Shown here piece after piece: positions 1-7,598 of a DNA stretch of 64,000 bases. The stretch comes from Methanoregula sp. GTDB lineage: Archaea > Halobacteriota > Methanomicrobia > Methanomicrobiales > Methanospirillaceae. The stretch covers positions 413,556 to 477,555 of the forward strand of contig JBAZQB010000002.1 of assembly GCA_041645435.1 (NCBI GenBank), written 5' to 3'. The stretch's first letter is position 1; every line of letters begins with the position of its first letter. Both the position numbers and the translations under genes were made by a program. The notes below the pieces were generated by a model that saw nothing but the letters and a program-made list of their open reading frames with translations, was not told the DNA's origin and did not search any database.

Positions 1-51
1 GTCTTTATCACGGTCATTGCCCTGATCCTTTTCCTCGGGTGGTTTGCATGA
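1..51 (+). CDS. 3' end (16 codons) of an upstream hydrophobic subunit gene, partial at window edge
   Basis: Frame 1 is open from the window edge (VFITVIALILFLGWFA) to TGA 49-51 and forms an ATGA stop/start overlap with the next gene. Identity (HyfB/NuoL-like?) cannot be judged from 16 residues. Confidence 0.3.
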   Translation, partial: VFITVIALILFLGWFA

Positions 52-989
52 ACCTGGATTTTTTCCTCTATCTTGTGATCAATACGCTTGTCGTCATTGC
101 AGTCTCGCCCCTCTTTGTCAGCCTGATCAAAAAAGTGAAAGCCTGGACACAGGGACGGCAGGGTCCGTCCGTTCTCCAGACCTACTTTACCCTGGTAAAA
201 CTGTTAAAAAAGGAAGTCATCTACTCCCCCAACTCCTCGCGGATCATGCGGGTCACCCCGCTCGTTACGATGGCTGCGATCCTTGTTGCAGCCCTCTTTG
301 TCCCGCTGGTCTTTGTGCCCGAACCTGTCGGGGGTATTGGCAACATCATCCTGTTCCTGTACCTGCTTGCGCTGGCCCGGTTCTTTATGGCGCTCGCGGG
401 TCTGGATGCCGGCAGTTCCTTTGGGGGTATGGGCAGTTCCCGGGAGATGAGCATCTCATCAATCATCGAACCCACGACCATTATCGTCTTTGCCGCCCTC
501 GCATTTGTCTTTAAAACGCTCAATATCTTCGATATGTTCGCACTGACAGCCGCAGCCGGGTCACCAGCCACACCGACCCTGATCCTGATCGGCATCTCAT
601 TGTTCATCATCCTCATTGTCGAGACCTCCCGGATACCGGTCGATAATCCTGAGACGCATCTCGAACTTACCATGATCCACGAGGGCATGATACTCGAACA
701 GTCAGGCAGGAACCTTGCCCTCATGGAACTATCAGCCGCTGTCAAGATGACGGTCCTTATGGCACTCCTCATCAACCTGATCGTTCCCTTCGGGCTTGCA
801 ACGACCCTCACCGTTGCCGGGATTCTTATCGCCATAATTGTGTTAGTGGTAAAAGGATCGATCCTTGCCGGAATAATCGGGCTCTTCGAATCGTCAATGG
901 CAAAGAAACGGTTCTTCCAGCTCCCCAGTCTTTTTGCCATGGCATTCTTCTTCTCAACCCTGATCATCATCATCGAGGTGTTCTCATGA
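48..989 (+). CDS. HycD/HyfC/NuoH-like integral membrane subunit of a group-4 hydrogenase-related (Ehr-type) complex
   Basis: Polytopic protein. The N-terminal segment SLIKKVKAWTQGRQGPSVLQTYFTLVKLLKKE resembles the HycD/NuoH family loop. ATG 48 is preferred over GTG 39 because of the ATGA overlap with the upstream stop. ATGA-coupled to the next gene. Confidence 0.85.
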   Translation: MNLDFFLYLVINTLVVIAVSPLFVSLIKKVKAWTQGRQGPSVLQTYFTLVKLLKKEVIYSPNSSRIMRVTPLVTMAAILVAALFVPLVFVPEPVGGIGNIILFLYLLALARFFMALAGLDAGSSFGGMGSSREMSISSIIEPTTIIVFAALAFVFKTLNIFDMFALTAAAGSPATPTLILIGISLFIILIVETSRIPVDNPETHLELTMIHEGMILEQSGRNLALMELSAAVKMTVLMALLINLIVPFGLATTLTVAGILIAIIVLVVKGSILAGIIGLFESSMAKKRFFQLPSLFAMAFFFSTLIIIIEVFS

Positions 990-1678
990 TCGATACGGCC
1001 ATCGTTGTCGGGATCATCAGGATCCTGTTTGTATGCATCATCATTACGGCGGCCTACATCATCTCGACACGCAACCTGCTCTCCGTGGTATCAGTGTATG
1101 CCCTCCAGAGTCTGACCCTGGTCGGCATCGCGCTTGCGCTCTGGTCGCTGGAGGGATCCCTGGTTCTCCTGGCGATAGCCGTAGTTACGTTTGTCAGCAA
1201 GGTCATCATCATCCCGTACTTCATTGCAACCATCCAGGAAAAGATCCGGATCAAGCGGGATATCGAGTTCCATTACCTGAATCCCACCACCTCGCTGCTC
1301 ATTTCGATGGCACTGATGCTGGTGATCTACATGGCGCTCGTACGAATACTGGAGGGAACACCGGCACGGGAGAGCCTCTTTTTCTTTGGCGCCGTGCTGG
1401 GGATCTCCCTGATGCTGATGGGTATGATGGTGACGTTCAGTCGTAAGCGGGCGATCACAAAAGTGCTGGGATTCCTCTCCATGGAAAACGGGGTGCTCCT
1501 CTTTGGTATGTTTGTCACTGAACTCCCGTTCATCATAGAGTTTTTGATCATCATCGACCTTATCATCCTCGTTATCCTGACAACGATCTTATCGGTCGGT
1601 ATCGACTCAACTCTTGAGGATTATCACAAACGTCTCCACCGCTTCCATCTCTTGGAAGAAGAGGAGGAGGTCTCATGA
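986..1678 (+). CDS. HyfE-like small membrane subunit (NuoK-related)
   Basis: 230-aa protein with about 6-7 TM helices, in the position HyfE occupies in hyf-type operons. ATGA overlaps on both sides. Acidic tail LLEEEEEVS. Confidence 0.65.
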   Translation: MIDTAIVVGIIRILFVCIIITAAYIISTRNLLSVVSVYALQSLTLVGIALALWSLEGSLVLLAIAVVTFVSKVIIIPYFIATIQEKIRIKRDIEFHYLNPTTSLLISMALMLVIYMALVRILEGTPARESLFFFGAVLGISLMLMGMMVTFSRKRAITKVLGFLSMENGVLLFGMFVTELPFIIEFLIIIDLIILVILTTILSVGIDSTLEDYHKRLHRFHLLEEEEEVS

Positions 1679-3156
1679 TCCTGATCGCATTTGTCCTGGT
1701 GTCGGTGCTCTCGCTTATCATCATCGCAGCTACCCGGAACCACCGGCAGATGAACACCGTGTGTATCATCCAGGCACTGCTCTTTGCTGCGCTCGCTGTC
1801 TACATTGCACTCTTCCAGCAGGTGCCGGTGGTGTCGTTTCTTGTCGGGAGCCAGTACTTCTTCATCGATCACCTCGGGCTTTTTGAAGTGCTGATCGCTA
1901 CGATCATCTTTGCCTGCGCAGCGGTCTATGCCCGGGGGTATGTTGAAGGACTCCTGGAGAGCGGGGAACTGGAAAAAGGCAGTCTCAAGCTCTTCTATGT
2001 GGCATGGGTTCTGCTCCTCATGGTCATTGTCCTTGCCTTCCTGTCCGATAATCTCGCACTGTTCTGGATCTTTGCCGAACTGACTACCATCATCTCTGCG
2101 ATGCTCATTGCCATCCTTGCCGCCCGCGAGAATATCGATGCAGCAATCAAGTATATTTTCGTAGCATCAGTTTCCATGCTTTTTGCGTTTGTCGGGTTCA
2201 TTTTCCTTTTCGAGATATCGCGGGTCTATCTTGGCACCGGCACCCTGAACTGGACCGTGCTGATGCAGCATGCGGCCGGTTTTTCCCCCGGCATGATGAT
2301 CGCTTCCTTTGTGCTCGTCTTTATCGGGTTTGCCGCAAAGTCCGGTATCTTCCCGTTCCATACCTGGCTGCCTGAAGCCCATGCCAAAGCTCCATCGGCT
2401 GTCAGTGCCATTCTTTCGGGGGTACTGTTGAATGTGGGTATCTACGGGATCATCCGGGTGTACGCACTTGTGCACCAGACGACGGCCGTTGCAACGATTG
2501 CGCCTCTGATTGCGGTGTTTGGCATTCTCACCATCGGAATTTCTGCGTTCTCCATGCTCCCCCAGAAAAACTTAAAAAAACTGGTGGCATTCTCCAGCGT
2601 GGAGAACATGGGGATTATGCTGGTGGGGCTTGCCATCTCCACCCCGGTCGCTCTTTTCTGGGTACTCTTCCACATCATGGCACATTCCCTGACAAAGGCA
2701 TCGCTCTTCTTCTCCTCCGGTATCCTGCACCGGCAGTACCGGAGCCGGTTCTCGGCCGATGCAGCGGATGAGATCAAGGATGTGTTCCGGCTCCAGCCGC
2801 TGGCCGCATGGGGAATTGTTCTCGGAGGGCTTGCGATCATCGGTATGCCCCCGTTTCCTATCTTCTTCTCCGAATTCTTCATCCTGCTGCAGCTGGGTGC
2901 AGTCTCCCTGGAGGTGCTTGCGGTGATACTCGTCCTCCTGTTCATTGCCGCCGCCGCACTGGGATACTTTGTGCTCACGAGCTTTACGCAGGTCACTGAA
3001 CCCGGTACTCCCTCCGATATAATTCCTTACCAGACGCCTGCCAGTATGAAGATCCCCATCGTCATCCTGCTGGCGCTCCTTGTGGCTATCGGGATCACGC
3101 TTCCTGCCGGGGGCATGGCATTCCTCAACCAGATCGTAATGGAGCTGAAATTCTGA
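1675..3156 (+). CDS. HyfF/NuoN/MnhD-like antiporter-type membrane subunit
   Basis: 493-aa polytopic protein with the proton-pumping antiporter-family core (GFAAKSGIFPFHTWLPEAHAKAPSAVSAILSGVLLNVGIYG). Confidence 0.85.
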   Translation: MILIAFVLVSVLSLIIIAATRNHRQMNTVCIIQALLFAALAVYIALFQQVPVVSFLVGSQYFFIDHLGLFEVLIATIIFACAAVYARGYVEGLLESGELEKGSLKLFYVAWVLLLMVIVLAFLSDNLALFWIFAELTTIISAMLIAILAARENIDAAIKYIFVASVSMLFAFVGFIFLFEISRVYLGTGTLNWTVLMQHAAGFSPGMMIASFVLVFIGFAAKSGIFPFHTWLPEAHAKAPSAVSAILSGVLLNVGIYGIIRVYALVHQTTAVATIAPLIAVFGILTIGISAFSMLPQKNLKKLVAFSSVENMGIMLVGLAISTPVALFWVLFHIMAHSLTKASLFFSSGILHRQYRSRFSADAADEIKDVFRLQPLAAWGIVLGGLAIIGMPPFPIFFSEFFILLQLGAVSLEVLAVILVLLFIAAAALGYFVLTSFTQVTEPGTPSDIIPYQTPASMKIPIVILLALLVAIGITLPAGGMAFLNQIVMELKF

Positions 3157-4736
3157 TGACTTCAGAGCAGGATATCGGGATACGGGCGGCACAGGAATTT
3201 CTTGGCGCAGCTGCCCTCGCTGACCGGCTCAGCACCGGGCCGAATAACGAACAGTATGTGCTCGTTGAAGAACCGGAATTTGAGAACGCGGTTGCGCACC
3301 TGGCGGCCAATAAGTTCGTGCTGATCGGCCTCTTCTGCTGCGAAGGCTTTGCCAAAAACGCTGCACACACGCTCTTCTACGTCTTCGAACGGCGCACCAG
3401 CATCCTGGTGCTGGTCCGTAACATCAGCGGGAACGCAACCACCATCGCGTGTATCTATCCCTCTGCATCCTGGTTCGAACGGGAATGCCGTGACGGGTTT
3501 GGCGTGGAGTTCGAGGGGGCATTCGATACCCGCCGGCTCTTCCTGCACGAGACGTACCCGGAGGGTTTCCACCCGCTGAAAAAAGCGTTCAGGAATGCGC
3601 CCGTTGTCACCCGGGCAACCATCGATCCCGCGGAAGAATACCCGTTCCGGCCGGTGAGCGGCGAAGGCGTGTACCAGGTACCGGTCGGCCCGGTCCATGC
3701 CGGGATCATCGAGCCCGGGCACTTCCGGTTCAGCGTTATCGGCGAGACGATCTTCAATCTCGAGTGCCGGATGTTCTACAAGCACCGGGGGATCGAGAAG
3801 CTGGCGGAAGGAAAACTGCCCGGGGACTGCCTGAAGATTGCCGAGGCGGTAAGCGGCGATGAATCGGTGGCAAATACCACGGCGTTCTGCATGGCAGTCG
3901 AACAGATCTGCCAGACCCCGGTCCCGGAACGGGCCTGGTACCTGCGGACGATCCTCCTTGAACTGGAACGGGTCTGCTCGCATCTCGGGGACCAGGCGGG
4001 AATGCTCGTGGATGTGGCCTTCCCGCTGGGTGCCAACCAGTTCTCGGTGCTGCGCGAGGAATGTTTCCGCGAGCATGACCGCCTGACCGGTTCCCGGTTC
4101 CTGCGGGAAATGATCGCTCCCGGCGGGCTGAGCCGGGACATTGCGAAACCGGAGCTCGTCGAACTCGCTGCATTCGTGCACCGGGTACGGAAAGGGTACA
4201 GGGTCGGCCTGAAGATCGTGCTCTCCACCGCATCGGTGATCGACCGGTTTGCGACCACGGGCGTGATCCGCCCCGCCCTGCTGCGCCCGCTCAATATCAC
4301 CGGCCCGTCAGCGCGGGCCTCCGGTGGGAAGGTGGATGTCCGGATCAACCACCCGTATGGGATCTACGGACAGTTCGCCCCGAAACCGCAGCGGCTCCGG
4401 GACGGGGATGTCCTCTCCCGGTTTACGGTCAAGGCTTCGGAGATCATGGACTCGCTCGAGCTGATCGAACGGCTGATCGCAGCGACTCCCGAGGGAACGA
4501 TAAGCACAACGCCGGAGATTAAGGATGGTTATACCCTTGCCATCGTTGAATCCGCCCGGGGCCAGAACCTCTGCTGGGTCTGGATCAGAGGCGGTGCGAT
4601 CGAGCGGTACAAGGTACGGACCGCCTCGTTCTGCAACTGGCTGGCAATCGAGCATGCAGTGCAGGGCAATATCGTCCCGGATTTCCCGGTGATCAACAAG
4701 AGCATGAATCTCTCGTACGCGGGAACCGACCTGTGA
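3156..4736 (+). CDS. Fused NuoC-like/NuoD-HycE-like large subunit lacking all four NiFe-ligand cysteines
   Basis: The core GPVHAGIIEPGHFRFSV...YKHRGIEK...LELERVCSHLGD is typical of group-4 large subunits/NuoD. The L1 position reads AEAVSGDESVANT (3840-3878). The C-terminus reads NLSYAGTDL (4707-4733) instead of DPCxxCxxR/H. 1-nt overlap with the upstream stop. Confidence 0.85.
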   Translation: MTSEQDIGIRAAQEFLGAAALADRLSTGPNNEQYVLVEEPEFENAVAHLAANKFVLIGLFCCEGFAKNAAHTLFYVFERRTSILVLVRNISGNATTIACIYPSASWFERECRDGFGVEFEGAFDTRRLFLHETYPEGFHPLKKAFRNAPVVTRATIDPAEEYPFRPVSGEGVYQVPVGPVHAGIIEPGHFRFSVIGETIFNLECRMFYKHRGIEKLAEGKLPGDCLKIAEAVSGDESVANTTAFCMAVEQICQTPVPERAWYLRTILLELERVCSHLGDQAGMLVDVAFPLGANQFSVLREECFREHDRLTGSRFLREMIAPGGLSRDIAKPELVELAAFVHRVRKGYRVGLKIVLSTASVIDRFATTGVIRPALLRPLNITGPSARASGGKVDVRINHPYGIYGQFAPKPQRLRDGDVLSRFTVKASEIMDSLELIERLIAATPEGTISTTPEIKDGYTLAIVESARGQNLCWVWIRGGAIERYKVRTASFCNWLAIEHAVQGNIVPDFPVINKSMNLSYAGTDL

Positions 4737-4745
4737 GGTGAAAGT

Positions 4746-5261
4746 ATGGTAAACGCATTAACCTGCCTGCTCAAAAAGAAAGTGACGGAAGAGACGCCGG
4801 TGCGGGATGATGAGGTCGAGGCAACCGGTCGCGCGATCAAAACGGAGATCGATGCGGTGTTCGGCCGGAGCCTTGCGATCCGCGAACTGGATACCGGCAG
4901 CGACAATGCTGCGGAGATCGAGATCAACAATCTCACCAACCCGCTGTATGATGTGGAGCGTTTCGGTATCACCTTTGTTGCTTCGCCCCGGCATGCCGAT
5001 GTCCTGATCGTGACCGGTGCCGTTACACACAACATGGCGATCGCAGCAAAAAAGACCTACGATGCCATGCCGTCTCCCAAGTTCGTTATCGCGGTCGGGG
5101 ACGATGCATGTAATGGGGGTATTTTTGCCGGAACCTATGCGGTTCTTGGCGGTGCTGAAAAGATTTTTCCCGTTGACATGAAGATCCCGGGCAATCCCCC
5201 CACCCCCCTCCAGATCCTCACCGGCCTGCTGGCGCTGATGAAGAAGGCCCGCGAGCACTGA
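4746..5261 (+). CDS. NuoB/HycG-like small subunit lacking most [4Fe-4S] ligands
   Basis: Family motifs are recognisable but mutated: GSDNAAEIE (4896-4922), GDDACNGGIF, PGNPPTP (5187-5201). SD-like GAGGTGA lies 5 nt upstream of the ATG. Confidence 0.85.
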   Translation: MVNALTCLLKKKVTEETPVRDDEVEATGRAIKTEIDAVFGRSLAIRELDTGSDNAAEIEINNLTNPLYDVERFGITFVASPRHADVLIVTGAVTHNMAIAAKKTYDAMPSPKFVIAVGDDACNGGIFAGTYAVLGGAEKIFPVDMKIPGNPPTPLQILTGLLALMKKAREH

Positions 5262-5288
5262 CTGCCTGAATAGTACGCAAAAAACCTC

Positions 5289-5295
5289 TTTTTTT
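5289..5295 (+). terminator. Oligo-T tract downstream of the Ehr-type operon
   Basis: T7 run 28 nt after the stop codon. Archaeal terminators are typically oligo-T. Confidence 0.35.
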
Positions 5296-5348
5296 GTCCG
5301 GCTTTCAGGCCTATCCTATATATTCCCGGAGGATAACCGGATACCCGT

Positions 5349-6128
5349 ATGAGACCGGTACGCAAATGGGGGCCCGGGCCCTACCCGGTTGCCGTCATCC
5401 ACGGGGGCCCGGGTGCCCCGGGGGAGATGGCGCACGTGGCACGGGAACTCTCTGCGGCAAAGGGCGTGCTTGAACCCTTCCAGACCGAGACAACCCTCGA
5501 AGGGCAGGTCCAGGAGCTGCGCTCGGTGCTGGCAGAGCAGGGCCAGGTACCGGTCACCCTCATCGGGTTCTCATGGGGAGCGTTTCTCTCGTGGATGGTG
5601 GCTGCACGCTACCCTGCTCTCGTCAGGAAACTGATCCTGGTCAGCAGCGCACCGTTCGAGGACCGGTATGCGACCGCCATCACAAAGACCCGGCTGGACC
5701 GGCTCAAACCAAAGGAACGTGCTGAAGCGCAGTCCATTCTTAAGCAGATGGAGTCTGCCTCAACCCCGAACAAGGACGCTCTTCTGGGGAGACTGGGATG
5801 TCTCCTTGCACACGCAGATGCCTTCGATCCGATCTCGCTGGAGGACGACTCGTTCCACTGCCAGTACGATGTGTTCAAGGGAGTCTGGGACGAGGCTTCA
5901 GAAAAGCGGAAGAGCCAGGTCCTCCTCCACTTGGCTCATTCGATCCAATGCCCGGTGGTTGCGATTCATGGCGACTATGACCCTCACCCGTTCGAGGGCG
6001 TCAAGGAACCGCTCACCCGGGAACTTGCCGATTTCAGGTTTATTCTTCTGAAGAAATGCGGCCACCGGCCATGGATCGAGCGCACTGCGGCTGAGGAATT
6101 TTTCGGGATTCTTGCTACGGAGATTTGA
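5349..6128 (+). CDS. Alpha/beta-fold hydrolase
   Basis: HGGPG oxyanion-type motif, nucleophile elbow GFSWGA, and C-terminal HGDYD...CGHRPW consistent with an Asp/His triad. Confidence 0.75.
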   Translation: MRPVRKWGPGPYPVAVIHGGPGAPGEMAHVARELSAAKGVLEPFQTETTLEGQVQELRSVLAEQGQVPVTLIGFSWGAFLSWMVAARYPALVRKLILVSSAPFEDRYATAITKTRLDRLKPKERAEAQSILKQMESASTPNKDALLGRLGCLLAHADAFDPISLEDDSFHCQYDVFKGVWDEASEKRKSQVLLHLAHSIQCPVVAIHGDYDPHPFEGVKEPLTRELADFRFILLKKCGHRPWIERTAAEEFFGILATEI

Positions 6129-6260
6129 AAGAAGGGACAGGCCGGGATTGCCGGAATCTGTCATCATCATAATGCCGGGAACTATTGCCGGGAACTGTGT
6201 TGGACACGAACCCGGATAGTACGGGTATTGCTCTTTGGTGTGCATTTTCACAGCACCTTT

Positions 6261-6292
6261 TTGGTTCAAAGTTTGGTTCATTTTTTGGTTCA
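6261..6292. repeat. Three direct TTGGTTCA octamers at 12-bp spacing
   Basis: TTGGTTCA occurs at 6261-6268, 6273-6280 and 6285-6292, each preceded by T-runs, in a non-coding gap. Confidence 0.6.
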
Positions 6293-6362
6293 TAATTTCC
6301 CGTTTTCCGGAATTTTTTTTAATCAGACTCTGCTTGAAAAATTTCAATCGCGATCATGGGGT

Positions 6363-6418
6363 GTTAGATAAGTTGCTAACTGTTGGATAATTATCCAACA
6401 GTTGGATAATTATCTAAC
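6363..6418. promoter_or_regulatory. Three abutting 18-20 bp palindromes (candidate operator array)
   Basis: GTTAGATAAGTTGCTAAC (6363-6380). TGTTGGATAATTATCCAACA (6381-6400) is a perfect 20-bp palindrome. GTTGGATAATTATCTAAC (6401-6418). Period is about 19 bp. Confidence 0.55.
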
Positions 6419-6643
6419 AACAAAACATTTTCTCCGGCGTGAGGGTCCGGGCATATGTACCAGAGTCTGGTTAAAAAATTTCAAGAGGGGGCTGAGGGGT
6501 CGATTGAAAAAAAAATTTCAGAGATCGATTTTATTTTTTTTCGCGCGAAACGCGGATCAGGTTTTCTGCTCCAAAAGTACTAGCATAGTATCCAAATTTT
6601 TCATAAAAAAAATCGTAAGGATTATTGAAACGGCCAATCAAAT

Positions 6644-7215
6644 GGAGGGGACCCCCACCCATTTTGCGCAAAGGTGACCCCCCCTCCAAAAAAAGAGGAG
6701 AGGGTGCCTACCACCCCACCACTTGAAAATATTTTGAACCGACCCTCCCCTCTTAGGCAAAGAGGGGATCCTACCCCCCCTTTTCTGCATAAATGCAACC
6801 ATGTCTTCGCATGGAATTACGTCGGAGAGCATTTTTTGATTCAATCAGCGAGAGAGGGGAGGGTCCCCCATGTTGCTCAAGGGTAACCCCCCCCTCCAAA
6901 AAAAGAGGGGAGGTGCCTGACCACCCCTTCTCTTGAAAATATTTTGAACCGACCCTCCCCACTTAGGCTAAGAGGGGATCCGACCCCCCTCTTTTTGCAT
7001 AGGGGCTGGCACGGCTTCGCATGGAATCACGTCGGAGAGCATTTTTCCGGTTGATCAGCGGGAGAGGGGAGGGTCCCCCATGTTGCTCAAAGGTAACCCT
7101 CCCCTCCAAAAAAAGAGGGGAGGTGCCTGACCACCCCTTGTCTTGAAAAAAGTTTGACCCCCACCCTCTTGGCAAAATGGGTGACCCTCCCCTTTTTTTA
7201 GAAATTTGGGGGGTC
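6644..7215. repeat. About 2.7 copies of a 210-bp tandem repeat rich in G-runs/C-runs and short hairpins
   Basis: The landmark GGGTCCCCCATGTTGCTCAA recurs at 6861 and 7071, giving an exact 210-bp period. A diverged first unit starts about 6644. Conserved hairpins include CCCCTC-CAAAAAAA-GAGGGG and CCCCTCTT-AGGCA-AAGAGGGG. Confidence 0.85.
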
Positions 7216-7224
7216 GTGAACTTT

Positions 7225-7357
7225 CAGCAATGCTAAAATGGTGAATAATAAGGAGGTTCCCCGCCTCAGGGCCTCTTCGAGGCACGGCGGGGCAGGGCGG
7301 TTTTTTAGTCGTTGAAACCGCCGCGGGGGCGTCCCTTCGGGGGCGGCGGCGTTCATC
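7225..7357 (+). repeat. Dispersed GC-rich hairpin element, copy 1
   Basis: GGTTCCCCGCCTCAGGGCCTCTTCGAGGCACGGCGGGGCAGG...CCGCCGCGGGGGCGTCCCTTCGGGGGCGGCGGCGTTCATC aligns with 53881-54021. It contains the nested stem CCCCGCC/GGCGGGG around GCCTC/GAGGC. Confidence 0.6.
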
Positions 7358-7598
7358 TCAATATCTGTAAAATGAGAATGCTCCTTTTATCTCACGTTTA
7401 ATGTTAACACCATCTATATTGCAGTCGGCCAATCATGCTCGTAACGAGGTTCGAATCCATCTCCTCGCACTTTCCTAAAGGGATATAGTTATCTTTCATT
7501 TTGCCACCCGTCACTTTTGGTATCGGTTCTGATATCACTGTTCTGAAAAGTACGTAATAGTAACCTACTTCAAGTTAATTATTAGGAAACGTATATCG

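Noticed and set aside
221-5035. Long antisense ORFs over the Ehr-type operon (221-973, 2442-2996, 2572-3192, 3162-4181, 3776-4348 and 4529-5035, all minus strand)
   Set aside because: They lie fully inside strongly supported plus-strand genes. They have the Arg/Ser/Pro/Gly-rich composition typical of shadow frames in GC-rich coding DNA, and they lack recognisable motifs.
5898-6347. 149-aa minus-strand ORF spanning the end of the hydrolase gene and the TTGGTTCA repeats
   Set aside because: It overlaps a supported gene for half its length. The rest simply translates the phased octamer repeat (MNQKMNQTLNQK). No coding signal is evident.
6261-6418. Replication origin hypothesis for the phased repeats and palindromes in the gene-free gap
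   Set aside because: No orc1/cdc6 gene is adjacent, no ORB or mini-ORB-like consensus is recognisable, and there is no long AT-rich unwinding element between inverted ORBs. The evidence is insufficient.
6638-7285. ORFs inside the 210-bp tandem repeat (6638-6844, 6771-6962, 6963-7175 and 7055-7285 on the minus strand; 6674-6886 on the plus strand) that encode similar G/P/S-rich peptides
   Set aside because: Their similarity is a by-product of a DNA repeat whose length is a multiple of 3. The common frame is interrupted by stops in every unit, and the sequence is low-complexity.
7425-7475. tRNA-like GGTTCGAATCC T-loop motif, considered as a tRNA gene or att-site tRNA fragment at the left edge of the AT-rich island
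   Set aside because: The flanking bases do not form a T stem (CGAGG vs CCATC). No acceptor or anticodon arms can be drawn, and it does not match the 3' ends of the tRNAs in this window. It may be chance, or too decayed to call.
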